IMG/VR virus record: IMGVR_UViG_3300027756_000004
DNA length: 64,000 nucleotides
Reading direction: 5' to 3' (one strand)
From: a virus
Shown here one piece after another: positions 1 through 10,096 of this stretch (its first letter is position 1; the number at the start of each line of letters is the position of its first letter). Under the pieces are notes generated by a model, which did no database searches, was not told where the DNA came from, and worked only from the letters and a program-made list of their open reading frames with translations. The position numbers and the translations under genes are program-made.

Positions 1-317
1 TGCACTCTAGGGTCATAGTTCACTATGGTGGTCACATTATCAATAATTTGTTGTTTAATCATTTCTGTCAAGGGTTCAAACAAACTGTCCCAAATGATGG
101 TGCCAAACTCAGGATTTTCCAGTTTTTCTCCTTGACGTATGTGAAAATGATTCAATATGTCCTGCCTAATCAATGCAACATCATACAGGTTGAAACTGGT
201 AGCATTGGGATCCACTGTGCTGATGCCTCTGTAGGCTCTGGGTCCAGATGCCTGAGTGTAGGCTTTTTTTGACTTTAATGTGATGTCTTTGTATAATTTT
301 TTTTCTTGTGTGCTCAT
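1..317 (-). CDS. gp25: Baseplate wedge subunit gp25-like (3' end truncated by window)
   Basis: Manual translation from ATG at 317: MSTQEKKLYKDITLKSKKAYTQASGPRAYRGISTVDPNATSFNLYDVALIRQDILNHFHIRQGEKLENPEFGTIIWDSLFEPL...VNYDPRV. The 'LNHF.IR.GEK..NP.FG..I...LFEP' and 'DPRV' motifs are typical of the GPW/gp25 family. Not in the ORF track because it runs off the window. Confidence 0.9.
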   Translation of the reverse strand, partial: MSTQEKKLYKDITLKSKKAYTQASGPRAYRGISTVDPNATSFNLYDVALIRQDILNHFHIRQGEKLENPEFGTIIWDSLFEPLTEMIKQQIIDNVTTIVNYDPRV

Positions 318-328
318 ATATATATTTA

Positions 329-652
329 TTATCCCTGTGGGAACGTCTTATTAGAAGCTGTGATTATTTTTGCTGAGTAAGGTGCACCATCATCTATCAG
401 ATCACCCAGTCTAGCCACCATCTGTGCCTTGTGTCCTATGAACACTTTGCTGGTAGCAGTGATAATGTAGGCTGTATGTCCACAATCAGTTTTGATTTCA
501 TCACCCAGTGTGGCTGCTAATCTGTTGCCATCACACACCACTTTGCTGGATCCAGTGATGATGGTGCCACCGGTGTTCAGTGGAGCCAAATGACTGGGGT
601 GAGAGCAGGTACCTTGTGTTCTGTCTCCAATGCGTGCAATGCCTCTGGACAT
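329..652 (-). CDS. PAAR-repeat spike tip protein (gp5.4-like)
   Basis: Three PAAR-like units (IARIGD, AATLGD, VARLGD) with Cys/His metal ligands (CSH, CGH); lies two genes downstream of the gp5-like spike gene. Confidence 0.9.
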   Translation of the reverse strand: MSRGIARIGDRTQGTCSHPSHLAPLNTGGTIITGSSKVVCDGNRLAATLGDEIKTDCGHTAYIITATSKVFIGHKAQMVARLGDLIDDGAPYSAKIITASNKTFPQG

Positions 653-656
653 TTGT

Positions 657-1499
657 TTATATTCCTATTCCTGCAAGTTGTGATGTCAAATTGTTTTTCA
701 TAGCATCTGCTGCTGATTCGATAGCTGATTGATTGGCTGTGAATTGAGTGGCTGCAGATTCAGCCATATTTTTAGCAGCATCCAACAGTCCCATCACTTG
801 TGGTTCTAAACTGGGAATCGACTGAGTCAGCACTTGAGTTTTGATAGCATCAAAAGCAGGCACAAGGTCACTGCCCAACGAATTCAATTGATTCATAATT
901 CCACTGCATCCTCCAGCAGAGGATGTTTGCACTGCCAAACTTAACTGAGGTATTAGAGCCTCCACAGATGCTGCCACATCTCCCACCTTGGCTGTGATGG
1001 CAGAAGTAATGCCTGCTGCTGTGGCTCCAAAACTTGTCATGGCACCTGTGATGCTGGATTGAAGACTGGCCAAAGCAGGAGGTAGGCTGGGCAAGGATGG
1101 AATACTGCCGTCCACACCAGGCAGACCTGGCACTGAAGGAAATCCTCCAGGAAGATTTTCTAAACTAGGCAATGAAGGTAAACTAGGCAATGAAGGCACG
1201 CCTTGAAATCCGCCTCCTGCAAAATATCCATCGAATGCTTTTTCAGCCTGATCTAGCAGAGGACTCAAATCATTCAATGCTCCTTTTAGAGCTCCCACAT
1301 TGCCTGCTATTTTAGGAATAGTTTCTTGAATTTTCTTTTCCGCTTCTTTGGCCAATGCAATGGCGTCTCCACCCACTGTGGCTCCCAATGTACCGCATAG
1401 GTCGCAGGCTTGACCACCCACGTTGACCAAATCTGTGGCTGCTGTGGTGGCTGCTTCTATGCTGCTGGTGATTGATGCTGGAATAGTAAAATATGGCAT
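657..1499 (-). CDS. Hypothetical Ala/Ser/Pro-rich baseplate-operon protein
   Basis: 280-aa ORF tightly packed between gp5 and PAAR; CDLC motif, (PSL)n linker, Ala-rich helical segments. Confidence 0.65.
   Translation of the reverse strand: MPYFTIPASITSSIEAATTAATDLVNVGGQACDLCGTLGATVGGDAIALAKEAEKKIQETIPKIAGNVGALKGALNDLSPLLDQAEKAFDGYFAGGGFQGVPSLPSLPSLPSLENLPGGFPSVPGLPGVDGSIPSLPSLPPALASLQSSITGAMTSFGATAAGITSAITAKVGDVAASVEALIPQLSLAVQTSSAGGCSGIMNQLNSLGSDLVPAFDAIKTQVLTQSIPSLEPQVMGLLDAAKNMAESAATQFTANQSAIESAADAMKNNLTSQLAGIGI
1161..1196. repeat. 18-bp perfect tandem repeat x2 (TAAACTAGGCAATGAAGG) encoding PSLPSL
   Basis: Seen directly at 1161-1178 and 1179-1196. Confidence 0.9.
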
Positions 1500-1507
1500 A
1501 AAATTAT

Positions 1508-2971
1508 TTATTTTTTAAATGCGTCAGGTATGCCCGACAAGGTTGTGTTGGGTATCTGCTCAATGGTGGTCCGATCAGTGCGTGATGTTTTCACATTGTC
1601 AGGGTTCAAATTTTCATGATGTGGCCATGGTTCATGCTGAGGCACACGTTTCATGATGTTGCCACTGCTTTCACCTGGATTGGTGTGTGTGCTCAATGGA
1701 GTTGGCTCTGTCTTCACTGCTTTGTTGTTGTTGAGGTTAATTACTCCACCTGTGTCCAGATTAATATTGCCATCTGCATAATGATTGGTGCTGCCCACAG
1801 ATATGGTTTGATTGGCTGCCACTGTGATGGTTTGATTGCTGCCTACTGTGATTCTATGACTGCCCAATGTTTCTTCAGTAATACTGCTCATGGCCTTGAT
1901 GTTGACACTGCGTCCTGCTTCGATGTTGACATCTCTGTCTGCTTTGAAATTAAAGTCTGTCTGCGTGTGTATGCTCACACTGTCCTGCGCAAATATGTCC
2001 AACTTGCCGTTGGCAGTCATTTCGATCCAGGTGGTACCAGCTGCATTGCCAATGTAGATCAAATCTTCTGAATTGTGCATCAATATTTGATGTCCTGTGC
2101 GTGTTCTAATACGCACCAACTCATTGTGAGGTATGGTTTCATCTGCTGGAGTAACTATGTCTATGTTTTTATTCACATATTCTGAGGGTCCTTTTGCAGC
2201 GGAAGTCTTACGTAAAAATTTATCGTCACCATCATCCATCACAATGCTGCTGCCACCCAATCTTGAATGATATCTGCCACCTTTGCCTCGAGCATTGCCG
2301 CGTTTGTCCAATGGGCCTGGAGTGCTGACTCCAAACACACTGCTGGGTGTTTCACGTCTGGCACTGGTGGTGGTTAATCCTCTGATTTCATCTGTTAATA
2401 ATCCTTGATTTTTTAAAATATTTTTAAAATCTGTATTAATAGGCTTTAAATTTTTTGTAGCATCTATTAAATTTAAACTGTTAATCAACAATTCTTTGTT
2501 GTATTCACCCACTGGTAGTTTCTTCCCAATGTCTGTTAAATTGGTTGTGGTGTCAGTGAAAGTGGTTGCAGGTCGACCATCAGGAATCATAAAATTTTGA
2601 TTTTCTGCCTGTACACAACCAATCCAATAGCCTTTATTGATATTGCCTTCCACAAATATCACCAGCACTATGTTGCCGATGTCTGGCGGAATAAACCACA
2701 TGCCGTAGCTCTGCTGGCTACTGGCATAATCTGTATTTTTAGTCACTCCTGCATAGTTGGTCACACCGTAAAAAGGATTAAGATATTCTACCTGTACACG
2801 CTGATTAGCTTCCAATGAGTCCATGCCAGGATCCACAGATCTCAGCAACTCCACCTCCAGTGTGCCCATGTATTTGCCATCCAGGTGACTGGTGATTCTG
2901 GCTTCGTAAGGACCTGAATCCTTTATTGAGCTTTGTTTGTTGGGGCTGCTTCTGCGATCAATTGAAAACAT
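1508..2971 (-). CDS. gp5: Baseplate central spike, gp5/VgrG-like (no lysozyme domain)
   Basis: N-terminal OB-fold motifs (G.L.VEL, YGMWF.PPD.G..VLV.F.EG...GYWIGC) and C-terminal beta-helix repeats (RTRTGHQILM, WIEMTANGKLDI, ITVGSNQTITVAANQ). Confidence 0.85.
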   Translation of the reverse strand: MFSIDRRSSPNKQSSIKDSGPYEARITSHLDGKYMGTLEVELLRSVDPGMDSLEANQRVQVEYLNPFYGVTNYAGVTKNTDYASSQQSYGMWFIPPDIGNIVLVIFVEGNINKGYWIGCVQAENQNFMIPDGRPATTFTDTTTNLTDIGKKLPVGEYNKELLINSLNLIDATKNLKPINTDFKNILKNQGLLTDEIRGLTTTSARRETPSSVFGVSTPGPLDKRGNARGKGGRYHSRLGGSSIVMDDGDDKFLRKTSAAKGPSEYVNKNIDIVTPADETIPHNELVRIRTRTGHQILMHNSEDLIYIGNAAGTTWIEMTANGKLDIFAQDSVSIHTQTDFNFKADRDVNIEAGRSVNIKAMSSITEETLGSHRITVGSNQTITVAANQTISVGSTNHYADGNINLDTGGVINLNNNKAVKTEPTPLSTHTNPGESSGNIMKRVPQHEPWPHHENLNPDNVKTSRTDRTTIEQIPNTTLSGIPDAFKK

Positions 2972-5241
2972 TATGCTCCTGTCCCGTCAATATTTGGGGC
3001 ACCACCTTCTGTATCACCATAGATTGGCTGGCCCAAAGAAGTTGTGCTGGTGCTTTTGCCTGTGATTTCTTGATTTAGTACTCTTATTAATTTCAAATTT
3101 TGTGTAAAGGTTCCGTTTGTAAAAATATTGTCCACGAAATTTACTTTATACACTCCACTGAATTCATCTAACTGCACAAAATTTTTATTAAGATCGTTGG
3201 CTGTGCCTTTAAACACCATGTTTCCGTTGGACGTATAGTCTATGGGTGTTCTAAAATTCACCACACAATATATGCCGCTAAAAGTAGGTTCGGCACTGCC
3301 ATCTTTGTTTATAAATTTCTTTTGTCCTGTGCGTGGATCCTTGTCCACAGTTGAATAATAGTTACCCAGTCCGCTGTCAGCTAAAAAATATGGATCACCT
3401 AGCAATTCAATTGTGGTATCTACTAAACTAATGTTGCCAGTCATTATCATATCGTGGAATTCTAAATTCAGTCTTTGTTCTGTAGTAAGTTCACCCAGTG
3501 CTTCATAATTTTTTCTGCGAGGACTTGCATAGAAATTTGCAGTCAGTTTACCTGTGCCTACACCTTGTGCTGCAGCATCACCAGCCTTATCGTCTGCTGA
3601 AGTTTCTTTTTTTTCTCCTTCATTTTTTGTTTTTTTATTAGGATCTTCTTTAGAGTTGGCTTGATCGCTGGGCAACTGTTGTTGGAAACTGGCTTTGATT
3701 TGAATATCGAATTTTAATACATCTAGATTTTTACCAGTAAAAAGATAATCATATTCTTTCACTACAAACTTGTTAAAATTTTCTGTTTGAGTTTTTTTAT
3801 TAATTTTTGCAAACAATGATTCATGTACTTTGTGTTCTATCACGTCAATTACTATTAACAATGGATAGGTGCCATTTTTTTCCACAATCACTGTGTCATT
3901 TATGTAAAAAGCTCTAGGCACTATCTTGAACCATGTTTTAAAACCGTTGGCATCACTGGGTTGAATCAACCGTTGACCGTACTCACTCAGCAATATCACG
4001 TTTGTTATAATATCAGATAGAGTTGTGCCCTGTTTAAAACTTAAATTTGGAATTTGGCCTCTTACACGAAATTTTGATAGTTTTGTAAATTTATCATAGA
4101 ATGTATTATCGTCCTCGCTGCCTACATTCTTATTTTGTTGTTTGGTAAGATTTATTTTGGAGTTTCCAATATTATTCAAGCTGTCTTTGGATTGCACGTA
4201 ACTGGTGGCATTGGGGCTACTAACCACTTGTGCACCAGTGCCAATAATATTACTTCTTTGTAAGTCTGCAGTGGATGTTGCTGCTAACTCTGCATCTTGA
4301 TACGAAGTTCTTTGACTAAGTTTTTCTTGTGCTTCTTGAGTTGGAAAGTTTATTATGACGTCATTTATTTCTTCCAGCGTAGTCTTATTTTTATTTTTTG
4401 CTTTTCTATTTTTATTTAATTCGTTCTGTAATGCTATCTGCAGCATTTCTTGCACTGTCGTGCCTTCAATTTTTACATCTTTAGGTATTGTTTGTGTACT
4501 GTTCTGCAATGCAATATCACTTGTTGGGACTGCTTGAATTGTGTATCGCGCACCAGCCTGATCCGCAGTAAAATCAATATTACCAATTTTTATAGGAAAT
4601 ATGCGTTTAGTGCTGTTGCCCAAGGCATCTTTGACTGATTCAACTTTGTTGTCCAATGTGTGACCTATAAATTCAATAATCAAACACCAAGGGGCTTCTA
4701 TATAGTTTTTAAATCCTGCTTTCAATCCAGACAGTCGCAGTGTTTCGACAAATGTGCCCATACTGTATGGTTCATACACAGTAAATTCTAATTTTGTCAC
4801 ATTACTTTGTCCTTTGTCTTGAGGACCTATCATGGTGTTGATGTTGACGTCACCAATAAAATATTCACGTGCAGTTCTTGTGTTAGAAGTGCCACCATTG
4901 AAATCTAAATCATAGGGCGTGAGAAATTTTGATTGCCCAGAGCCACCACTTCTCACTATAATTATTTGAGGTGATTTTTGACGTAATCTAGCAGGAAAAT
5001 TAATCTCTTCCAAAGTAAGACATGCCAAAGTAAAAATACAGTTGAATGAATTGTACTGATGCAAAGGGTTTGGCACTTTGTTGGGAAACAATTCTCCCAC
5101 GTCCACTGTGGCTGTGTCTGACTCAAAAGTGTCTCTTTGATAAAAATTTTGACCCAATGTTTGACCCAATGCCGCAGCATCTCTTTGAGATTCTGTGGTT
5201 GGTATCACTCTAATGTTTGTTGATGCATCAGGAATTGACAT
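2971..5241 (-). CDS. Baseplate hub protein (gp27-like/large hub subunit)
   Basis: 756-aa ORF directly upstream of gp5 with NPLH.Y...N..FTL, F.V.EPY.MG, IELLGDPYF and FSGVYKV..V...F..G.FTQ.L motifs of myophage/CIS hub proteins. Confidence 0.6.
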   Translation of the reverse strand: MSIPDASTNIRVIPTTESQRDAAALGQTLGQNFYQRDTFESDTATVDVGELFPNKVPNPLHQYNSFNCIFTLACLTLEEINFPARLRQKSPQIIIVRSGGSGQSKFLTPYDLDFNGGTSNTRTAREYFIGDVNINTMIGPQDKGQSNVTKLEFTVYEPYSMGTFVETLRLSGLKAGFKNYIEAPWCLIIEFIGHTLDNKVESVKDALGNSTKRIFPIKIGNIDFTADQAGARYTIQAVPTSDIALQNSTQTIPKDVKIEGTTVQEMLQIALQNELNKNRKAKNKNKTTLEEINDVIINFPTQEAQEKLSQRTSYQDAELAATSTADLQRSNIIGTGAQVVSSPNATSYVQSKDSLNNIGNSKINLTKQQNKNVGSEDDNTFYDKFTKLSKFRVRGQIPNLSFKQGTTLSDIITNVILLSEYGQRLIQPSDANGFKTWFKIVPRAFYINDTVIVEKNGTYPLLIVIDVIEHKVHESLFAKINKKTQTENFNKFVVKEYDYLFTGKNLDVLKFDIQIKASFQQQLPSDQANSKEDPNKKTKNEGEKKETSADDKAGDAAAQGVGTGKLTANFYASPRRKNYEALGELTTEQRLNLEFHDMIMTGNISLVDTTIELLGDPYFLADSGLGNYYSTVDKDPRTGQKKFINKDGSAEPTFSGIYCVVNFRTPIDYTSNGNMVFKGTANDLNKNFVQLDEFSGVYKVNFVDNIFTNGTFTQNLKLIRVLNQEITGKSTSTTSLGQPIYGDTEGGAPNIDGTGA

Positions 5242-5242
5242 T

Positions 5243-5545
5243 TTAGATTCCTAAGGCTTGTCTCAATTTGGGTCCTTGCGGCAAATAAATTTTTATACCA
5301 GCCACTAGATCATAAATTGGATCTTTGATCACATCCATGTTTCTCTGTGCAAACACCCACCACAGTTTGGTATTTTTATACAAATCATAAGCTAATAAAT
5401 CTGGTCTGTGTGTGTATTGTGGCTCCACAGTGTACAACACATCATCTGCAGTGGCAGGAATGGGTCTGATATTGAGCAAATCTAAATATTGGTCATTTAC
5501 GGTTTGTGTGTTGGCAAAAGGACTGTGGGGTTGATACTGAGCCAT
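5243..5545 (-). CDS. Baseplate wedge protein, gp53/LysM-like
   Basis: Y.HRPDLLAYDLY....LWWVFA.RN...I.DPI.D...G.KIYLP is the LysM-like gp53 signature. Confidence 0.8.
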   Translation of the reverse strand: MAQYQPHSPFANTQTVNDQYLDLLNIRPIPATADDVLYTVEPQYTHRPDLLAYDLYKNTKLWWVFAQRNMDVIKDPIYDLVAGIKIYLPQGPKLRQALGI

Positions 5546-6348
5546 TAGATGAATCCTCCTTCACCCTGCACATATTTGCCATTGACAAAATTATTCATAT
5601 TGAATTGAGATATAGTAGATCTGCTGTATTGAGGTTGCAATATTATTGATATCAAACTTTCTGATGGCGCCCAAGCCAAACTTTTATATTGTCCTTCGTC
5701 TGTGTCTCCCAATGCTTCTGGAAATAATCCTGTTTGAATGTAATCGCAGTCTTTGCCCAACTCTATGTTGAAACTAGTGATAATCACAGGCACATTTTTA
5801 AAAACAAAATCACCATAGCCATTCAACAGCACCACAGGCGGTGGAGACCCTGCGTCTGAGCTGCCTTCACCATAACGCATTTTTGTTGCGCTTCTCAAAT
5901 AATGCACACATGATACCCAATATGCTGCTTCCACACTATTTTGCACATAAAAATCACCGTTGATTTGAATTTGATCCACTGTGCTGTAGTTGAATGAATT
6001 AAAAGTGTAATTGGTGTGAGCAGGATTGTTAGCAGTGTATTGAGCACTGTGAGCCATCAATATGCTGGGTGTGTAGGGAAAACACAATCCTCCGGTTTTC
6101 ATCACAGGCAGCATCAATCTGCTGTCTTTGAATGAAGTAGGAATGCTTAATTTGACTCTCCAATCTTTTTCGCCTGGTTTGGCAAGTGCTGTGGCTGTTG
6201 TTAAAGTTTTGGCATCAGGCATACCATCTTTGGGCAATGATTTGCCTCGCACATCGCTCATGTTGAACATGCTGCCGGCGGCTTTGGCTATGCCTGCGCC
6301 TGCTATGGCTCCTATTGCTGTGCCTGCTACTTTTTTTAAAAATGACAT
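5545..6348 (-). CDS. Tail tube initiator/baseplate-tube junction protein (gp48/gp54-like)
   Basis: FPYTP.I, G.PPPVV.LNGYG.F.F.NVPV.I..F...L..D.DYI tube-fold motifs; directly upstream of the gp53-like gene. Confidence 0.6.
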   Translation of the reverse strand: MSFLKKVAGTAIGAIAGAGIAKAAGSMFNMSDVRGKSLPKDGMPDAKTLTTATALAKPGEKDWRVKLSIPTSFKDSRLMLPVMKTGGLCFPYTPSILMAHSAQYTANNPAHTNYTFNSFNYSTVDQIQINGDFYVQNSVEAAYWVSCVHYLRSATKMRYGEGSSDAGSPPPVVLLNGYGDFVFKNVPVIITSFNIELGKDCDYIQTGLFPEALGDTDEGQYKSLAWAPSESLISIILQPQYSRSTISQFNMNNFVNGKYVQGEGGFI

Positions 6349-6365
6349 ATTTGTAATATATTAAG

Positions 6366-6373
6366 TATTTATT
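6366..6373 (-). promoter_or_regulatory. T4-type late promoter (AATAAATA) for the baseplate operon
   Basis: TATTTATT on + strand, 17 nt upstream of the start at 6348. Confidence 0.65.
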
Positions 6374-6400
6374 GACATAATTAAGTATGTAGTTTATAAT
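6372..6400 (+). promoter_or_regulatory. Consensus sigma70 promoter for gp55
   Basis: TTGACA (6372-6377), 17-nt spacer, TATAAT (6395-6400); AAAGGA RBS before ATG 6425. Confidence 0.9.
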
Positions 6401-6424
6401 GAAGGCTAATTAGAAAGGAATTCA

Positions 6425-7249
6425 ATGAAAAAAATAAACTATCTCAACAACAAAGATCTGTTGGAAGAAATACACAAATCCAAGAATAGCTATTGTTCTT
6501 ACACTAAAGATGAACACAGCCGCTATGATGCAATCATAGCTTCTTTGGAAAAAATCAATGTGCGCAGCATAGCAGAAGCCAAACGGGTTAGAGCCAAGCG
6601 GTTGGCTCAGGAAGAGTTTGAACGTCGCAAACTTACTGATCCCAAGGTCAAACTGTCCGAGTGCGAAGTGGACTATAGGAAGATACAAAAGCATGAGCTG
6701 GTATTCAGAGTCATGACCTATGAACACATACCCAACGAACCAGGACGCAAAAAAAATCCCAAAAGTTCAGCTGATAGTAAATGCAAAGTGAACTTTCCTG
6801 CATTTCAACATTGGAAGCATGATGAAAAAGGCAATCTTTCATGTGTGGGCAAAAGTCACTGGGAAGGCGGCATGCACAATGGCAAGTTCAACAAGGAAGG
6901 CGGCAAACCCACTGCCAAACTGGCCATGATGTGGATGAAACTGTGTGAACGTTATGCCACCAGAGGCAATGTGCGAGGCTACACCTACAATGACGAAATG
7001 CAAGGACAAGCTATATTGCAACTGACTCAGATTGGATTGCAATTTGATGAAAGTAAATCTAACAATCCATTTGCATACTACACAGCAGCAGTGACCAATT
7101 CTTTTGTGAGGATCATCAATATCGAAAAAAGAAATCAAAATATTAGAGATGACATTATGGAAATGAATAACATGATGCCCAGTTCCACGCGACAGAATTC
7201 AGAATCATATCAAAAATCGATGGATCGTGAATTCAAAAAGAAAATTTAA
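6425..7249 (+). CDS. gp55: Late-transcription sigma factor gp55
   Basis: NYLNNKDLL.EI, LCERYATR.N.RGYTY.DEM, QFDESKS.NPFAYYT......F.RII..EK motifs; upstream of gp47/gp46 as in T4-like phages. Confidence 0.9.
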   Translation: MKKINYLNNKDLLEEIHKSKNSYCSYTKDEHSRYDAIIASLEKINVRSIAEAKRVRAKRLAQEEFERRKLTDPKVKLSECEVDYRKIQKHELVFRVMTYEHIPNEPGRKKNPKSSADSKCKVNFPAFQHWKHDEKGNLSCVGKSHWEGGMHNGKFNKEGGKPTAKLAMMWMKLCERYATRGNVRGYTYNDEMQGQAILQLTQIGLQFDESKSNNPFAYYTAAVTNSFVRIINIEKRNQNIRDDIMEMNNMMPSSTRQNSESYQKSMDREFKKKI

Positions 7250-7253
7250 ATCC

Positions 7254-7282
7254 TTGACTTTAATCAATTATTTGTTTACAAT
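7254..7282 (+). promoter_or_regulatory. sigma70-type promoter for gp47-gp46
   Basis: TTGACT (7254-7259), 17-nt spacer, TACAAT (7277-7282). Confidence 0.75.
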
Positions 7283-7305
7283 TAAGTCTTGGGAAATATT
7301 ATCTA

Positions 7306-8313
7306 ATGTTTAAAAAAGCAGCCGTCTTTACTGACATACATTTTGGTCTGAAGAGCAACAGCATGATTCACAATCAAGACTGTGAAGAGTTTGTGGATTG
7401 GTTCATTGACCAGGCCAAACAAAACAATTGTGAAACTGGTATATTCTGTGGTGACTGGCATCACAATAGAAATTCGTTGAACTTGATGACCATGGATGTC
7501 TCCATCAAATGTTTGGAAAAACTGGGTAAGGCTTTTGAAAAATTTTATTTCTTTCCTGGCAATCACGATCTGTACTACAAAGACAAGCGTGATATTCACT
7601 CAGTGGAGTTTGCAAGATTTATTCCTGGCATCACAGTGATCACACAGACCACTACCATAGATGACACAACCTTAGTGCCTTGGTTGGTGGGAGATGAATA
7701 CAAACAGATCAAAAAAATCAAAAGCAGATACATGTTTGGTCATTTTGAATTGCCGCACTTCTTAATGAATGCCATGATAGAGATGCCAGACACTGGGTTG
7801 ATACAAGCAGTGGATTTTGTGCATCCAGAATATGTGTTCACAGGACACTTCCACAAGAGACAAACAGCAAGAAACATACATTACATTGGTAATCCCATGC
7901 CGCACAACTATGCAGATGTGAATGATGATCAGCGTGGTATGATGATCATGGAACATGGTGGCACTCCCAGATACATCAATTGGTACAATTGTCCAAGATA
8001 TTTGAAAGTAAATTTAAGTCAACTACTGAATGATGCAAAGAACATTATACTGCCCAAGATGCACTTGCAAGTGACGTTGGACATAGACATCAGCTATGAA
8101 GAAGCCAGTTTTATCAAAGAAACCTTTATAAAAGATTACAACTGCAGAGAAATAGTGCTGATTCCAGGCAAGAAAGATGATGAACTCACCAGTACATTGG
8201 ATATCACACGTTTTGAATCTGTGGACGAAATAGTCAGCAAAGAGATCAATGCTATTGAATCTGACAGTTATAATAAAAATACTCTATTAGAGATTTACAG
8301 AGACCTACAATGA
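7306..8313 (+). CDS. gp47: Recombination endonuclease subunit gp47 (Mre11/SbcD-like metallophosphoesterase)
   Basis: DIHFG, GDW, GNHD, GHF, GHFH phosphoesterase motifs. Confidence 0.95.
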   Translation: MFKKAAVFTDIHFGLKSNSMIHNQDCEEFVDWFIDQAKQNNCETGIFCGDWHHNRNSLNLMTMDVSIKCLEKLGKAFEKFYFFPGNHDLYYKDKRDIHSVEFARFIPGITVITQTTTIDDTTLVPWLVGDEYKQIKKIKSRYMFGHFELPHFLMNAMIEMPDTGLIQAVDFVHPEYVFTGHFHKRQTARNIHYIGNPMPHNYADVNDDQRGMMIMEHGGTPRYINWYNCPRYLKVNLSQLLNDAKNIILPKMHLQVTLDIDISYEEASFIKETFIKDYNCREIVLIPGKKDDELTSTLDITRFESVDEIVSKEINAIESDSYNKNTLLEIYRDLQ

Positions 8314-10088
8314 TCAAGATCAAAAGCCTCACAGTTAAAAATTTTATGAGTGTGGGCAATCAAACACAAGGCGTGAATCTAGACAAACAAAGACTCACAT
8401 TGGTGTTGGGAGAAAATTTGGATCAGGGCGGAGATGATTCTGGCAGCAGGAACGGCACAGGTAAAACCACACTGATCAATGCACTGAGTTATGGTTTATT
8501 TGGTGAAGCACTGACAAAAATACGCAGAGAGAATTTGGTCAACAAGACCAACAACAAAAACATGTTGGTCACACTAACTTTTGAAAAAGACGGTGTGAAA
8601 TATCGCATTGAAAGAGGCAGACGCCCCAACACATTGAGATACTTTATCAATGACTCGGAACAAGAGATCACTGACGAGAGTCAAGGCGACAGCAGAATGA
8701 CTCAGGCTGCTATCAATCACATGTTGGGATTATCGCATGCCATGTTCAAACACATATTGGCATTGAATACCTACACAGAGCCGTTCTTGAGCATGAGTGC
8801 CAATGATCAAAAAGACATCATAGAACAGTTGTTGGGCATCACACTGCTGAGTGAAAAAGCAGAACTGTTGAAAGATCGCATTAGAGTCAGCAAAGAAGAC
8901 ATAGCCATGGAAAATGCACGTTTGGAAGGCATTAAGATGAGCAATGAAAAGATCAAAGAAACCATTAACTCGTTGAGCAACAAGGAAAAAATTTGGAACA
9001 CACAGAAGAATTTGGATATTGAAAAATTAAATAAATCCATTAAAGAGTTAGAGTCTGTGGACATTGACAAGGAGTTGGTGGCACATCAGCTGCTGGAAGA
9101 TTGGCTCAAGATCAATAATGAATTGAAACAATTGCAAAAAGATCGCAGCAGTTTGGAAATGACACTGTTGCAGGCAGACAAAACAGTGAATAAAGTGGGC
9201 AATGATCTGGATAAACTGCATGACAAAGCCACTTGTTATGCCTGTGGTCAAGAACTGCATGATGATAAATTTTGTGAAATACAACGCAAGTTGGAAGAAG
9301 AATATGGTGAAGCAGTCAACTACAATCAAAGCATACAGGCTGAAATAGCCATAATAGATGAAGCTATCAAACTCATGGGCACACAAGACACACGTCCAGA
9401 CACATATTATGACAGCATCAAAGAAGCATATGAACACAGACAACATCTGGAAACTTACAAATCCACACTGAAAAACAAAGAAGCTGAACAGAATCCTTAT
9501 GTGGATCAGATCACAGAACTCAGCACAGAAGCACTGCAAGAACTGGACTGGAGTGAAGTAAATCGCTTGCAAACTTTAAAAGACCATCAAGAATTTTTAT
9601 TAAAATTGTTGACCAACAAGGACAGTTTTATCAGGAAGAAAATAATAGATCAAAATTTAGCATTCTTAAACAACAGGCTCACCCACTATCTCACAGCATT
9701 GGGACTGCCGCACAGTGTAATATTTAAAAATGATCTCAGTGTGCAAATCACCATGCTGGGACAGGATCTTGACTTTGACAATCTCAGCAGAGGAGAGCGT
9801 AATAGATTGATATTGGGCTTGAGCTTTGCGTTTAGAGATGTGTGGGAAAGTTTATATCAAGAGATCAATTTGCTGTTCATAGATGAATTGATTGATTCTG
9901 GATTGGACACAGCAGGTGTGGAATCATCCATTGCCATACTGAAACGCATGAGCAGGGAGCGTGGCAAGAGCATCTATCTAATCAGTCACAGAGATGAACT
10001 CATGGGTAGAGTCAACAACACACTCAAAGTGATCAAAGAAAATGGATTCACTTCCTACAGCAATTCAACTGAATTTCACGAGATATAG
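8310..10088 (+). CDS. gp46: Recombination exonuclease ATPase subunit gp46 (Rad50/SbcC-like)
   Basis: Walker A NGTGKTT, coiled coil with zinc hook CYAC, signature LSRGE, Walker B LLFIDE, ISH. Confidence 0.95.
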   Translation: MIKIKSLTVKNFMSVGNQTQGVNLDKQRLTLVLGENLDQGGDDSGSRNGTGKTTLINALSYGLFGEALTKIRRENLVNKTNNKNMLVTLTFEKDGVKYRIERGRRPNTLRYFINDSEQEITDESQGDSRMTQAAINHMLGLSHAMFKHILALNTYTEPFLSMSANDQKDIIEQLLGITLLSEKAELLKDRIRVSKEDIAMENARLEGIKMSNEKIKETINSLSNKEKIWNTQKNLDIEKLNKSIKELESVDIDKELVAHQLLEDWLKINNELKQLQKDRSSLEMTLLQADKTVNKVGNDLDKLHDKATCYACGQELHDDKFCEIQRKLEEEYGEAVNYNQSIQAEIAIIDEAIKLMGTQDTRPDTYYDSIKEAYEHRQHLETYKSTLKNKEAEQNPYVDQITELSTEALQELDWSEVNRLQTLKDHQEFLLKLLTNKDSFIRKKIIDQNLAFLNNRLTHYLTALGLPHSVIFKNDLSVQITMLGQDLDFDNLSRGERNRLILGLSFAFRDVWESLYQEINLLFIDELIDSGLDTAGVESSIAILKRMSRERGKSIYLISHRDELMGRVNNTLKVIKENGFTSYSNSTEFHEI

Positions 10089-10096
10089 GAGCACAC

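Noticed and set aside
1-6348. Bacterial T6SS/eCIS locus (PAAR, VgrG-like, gp25)
   Set aside because: Portal, protease, capsid, gp55 and gp46/47 in the same window show it is a bona fide phage baseplate operon
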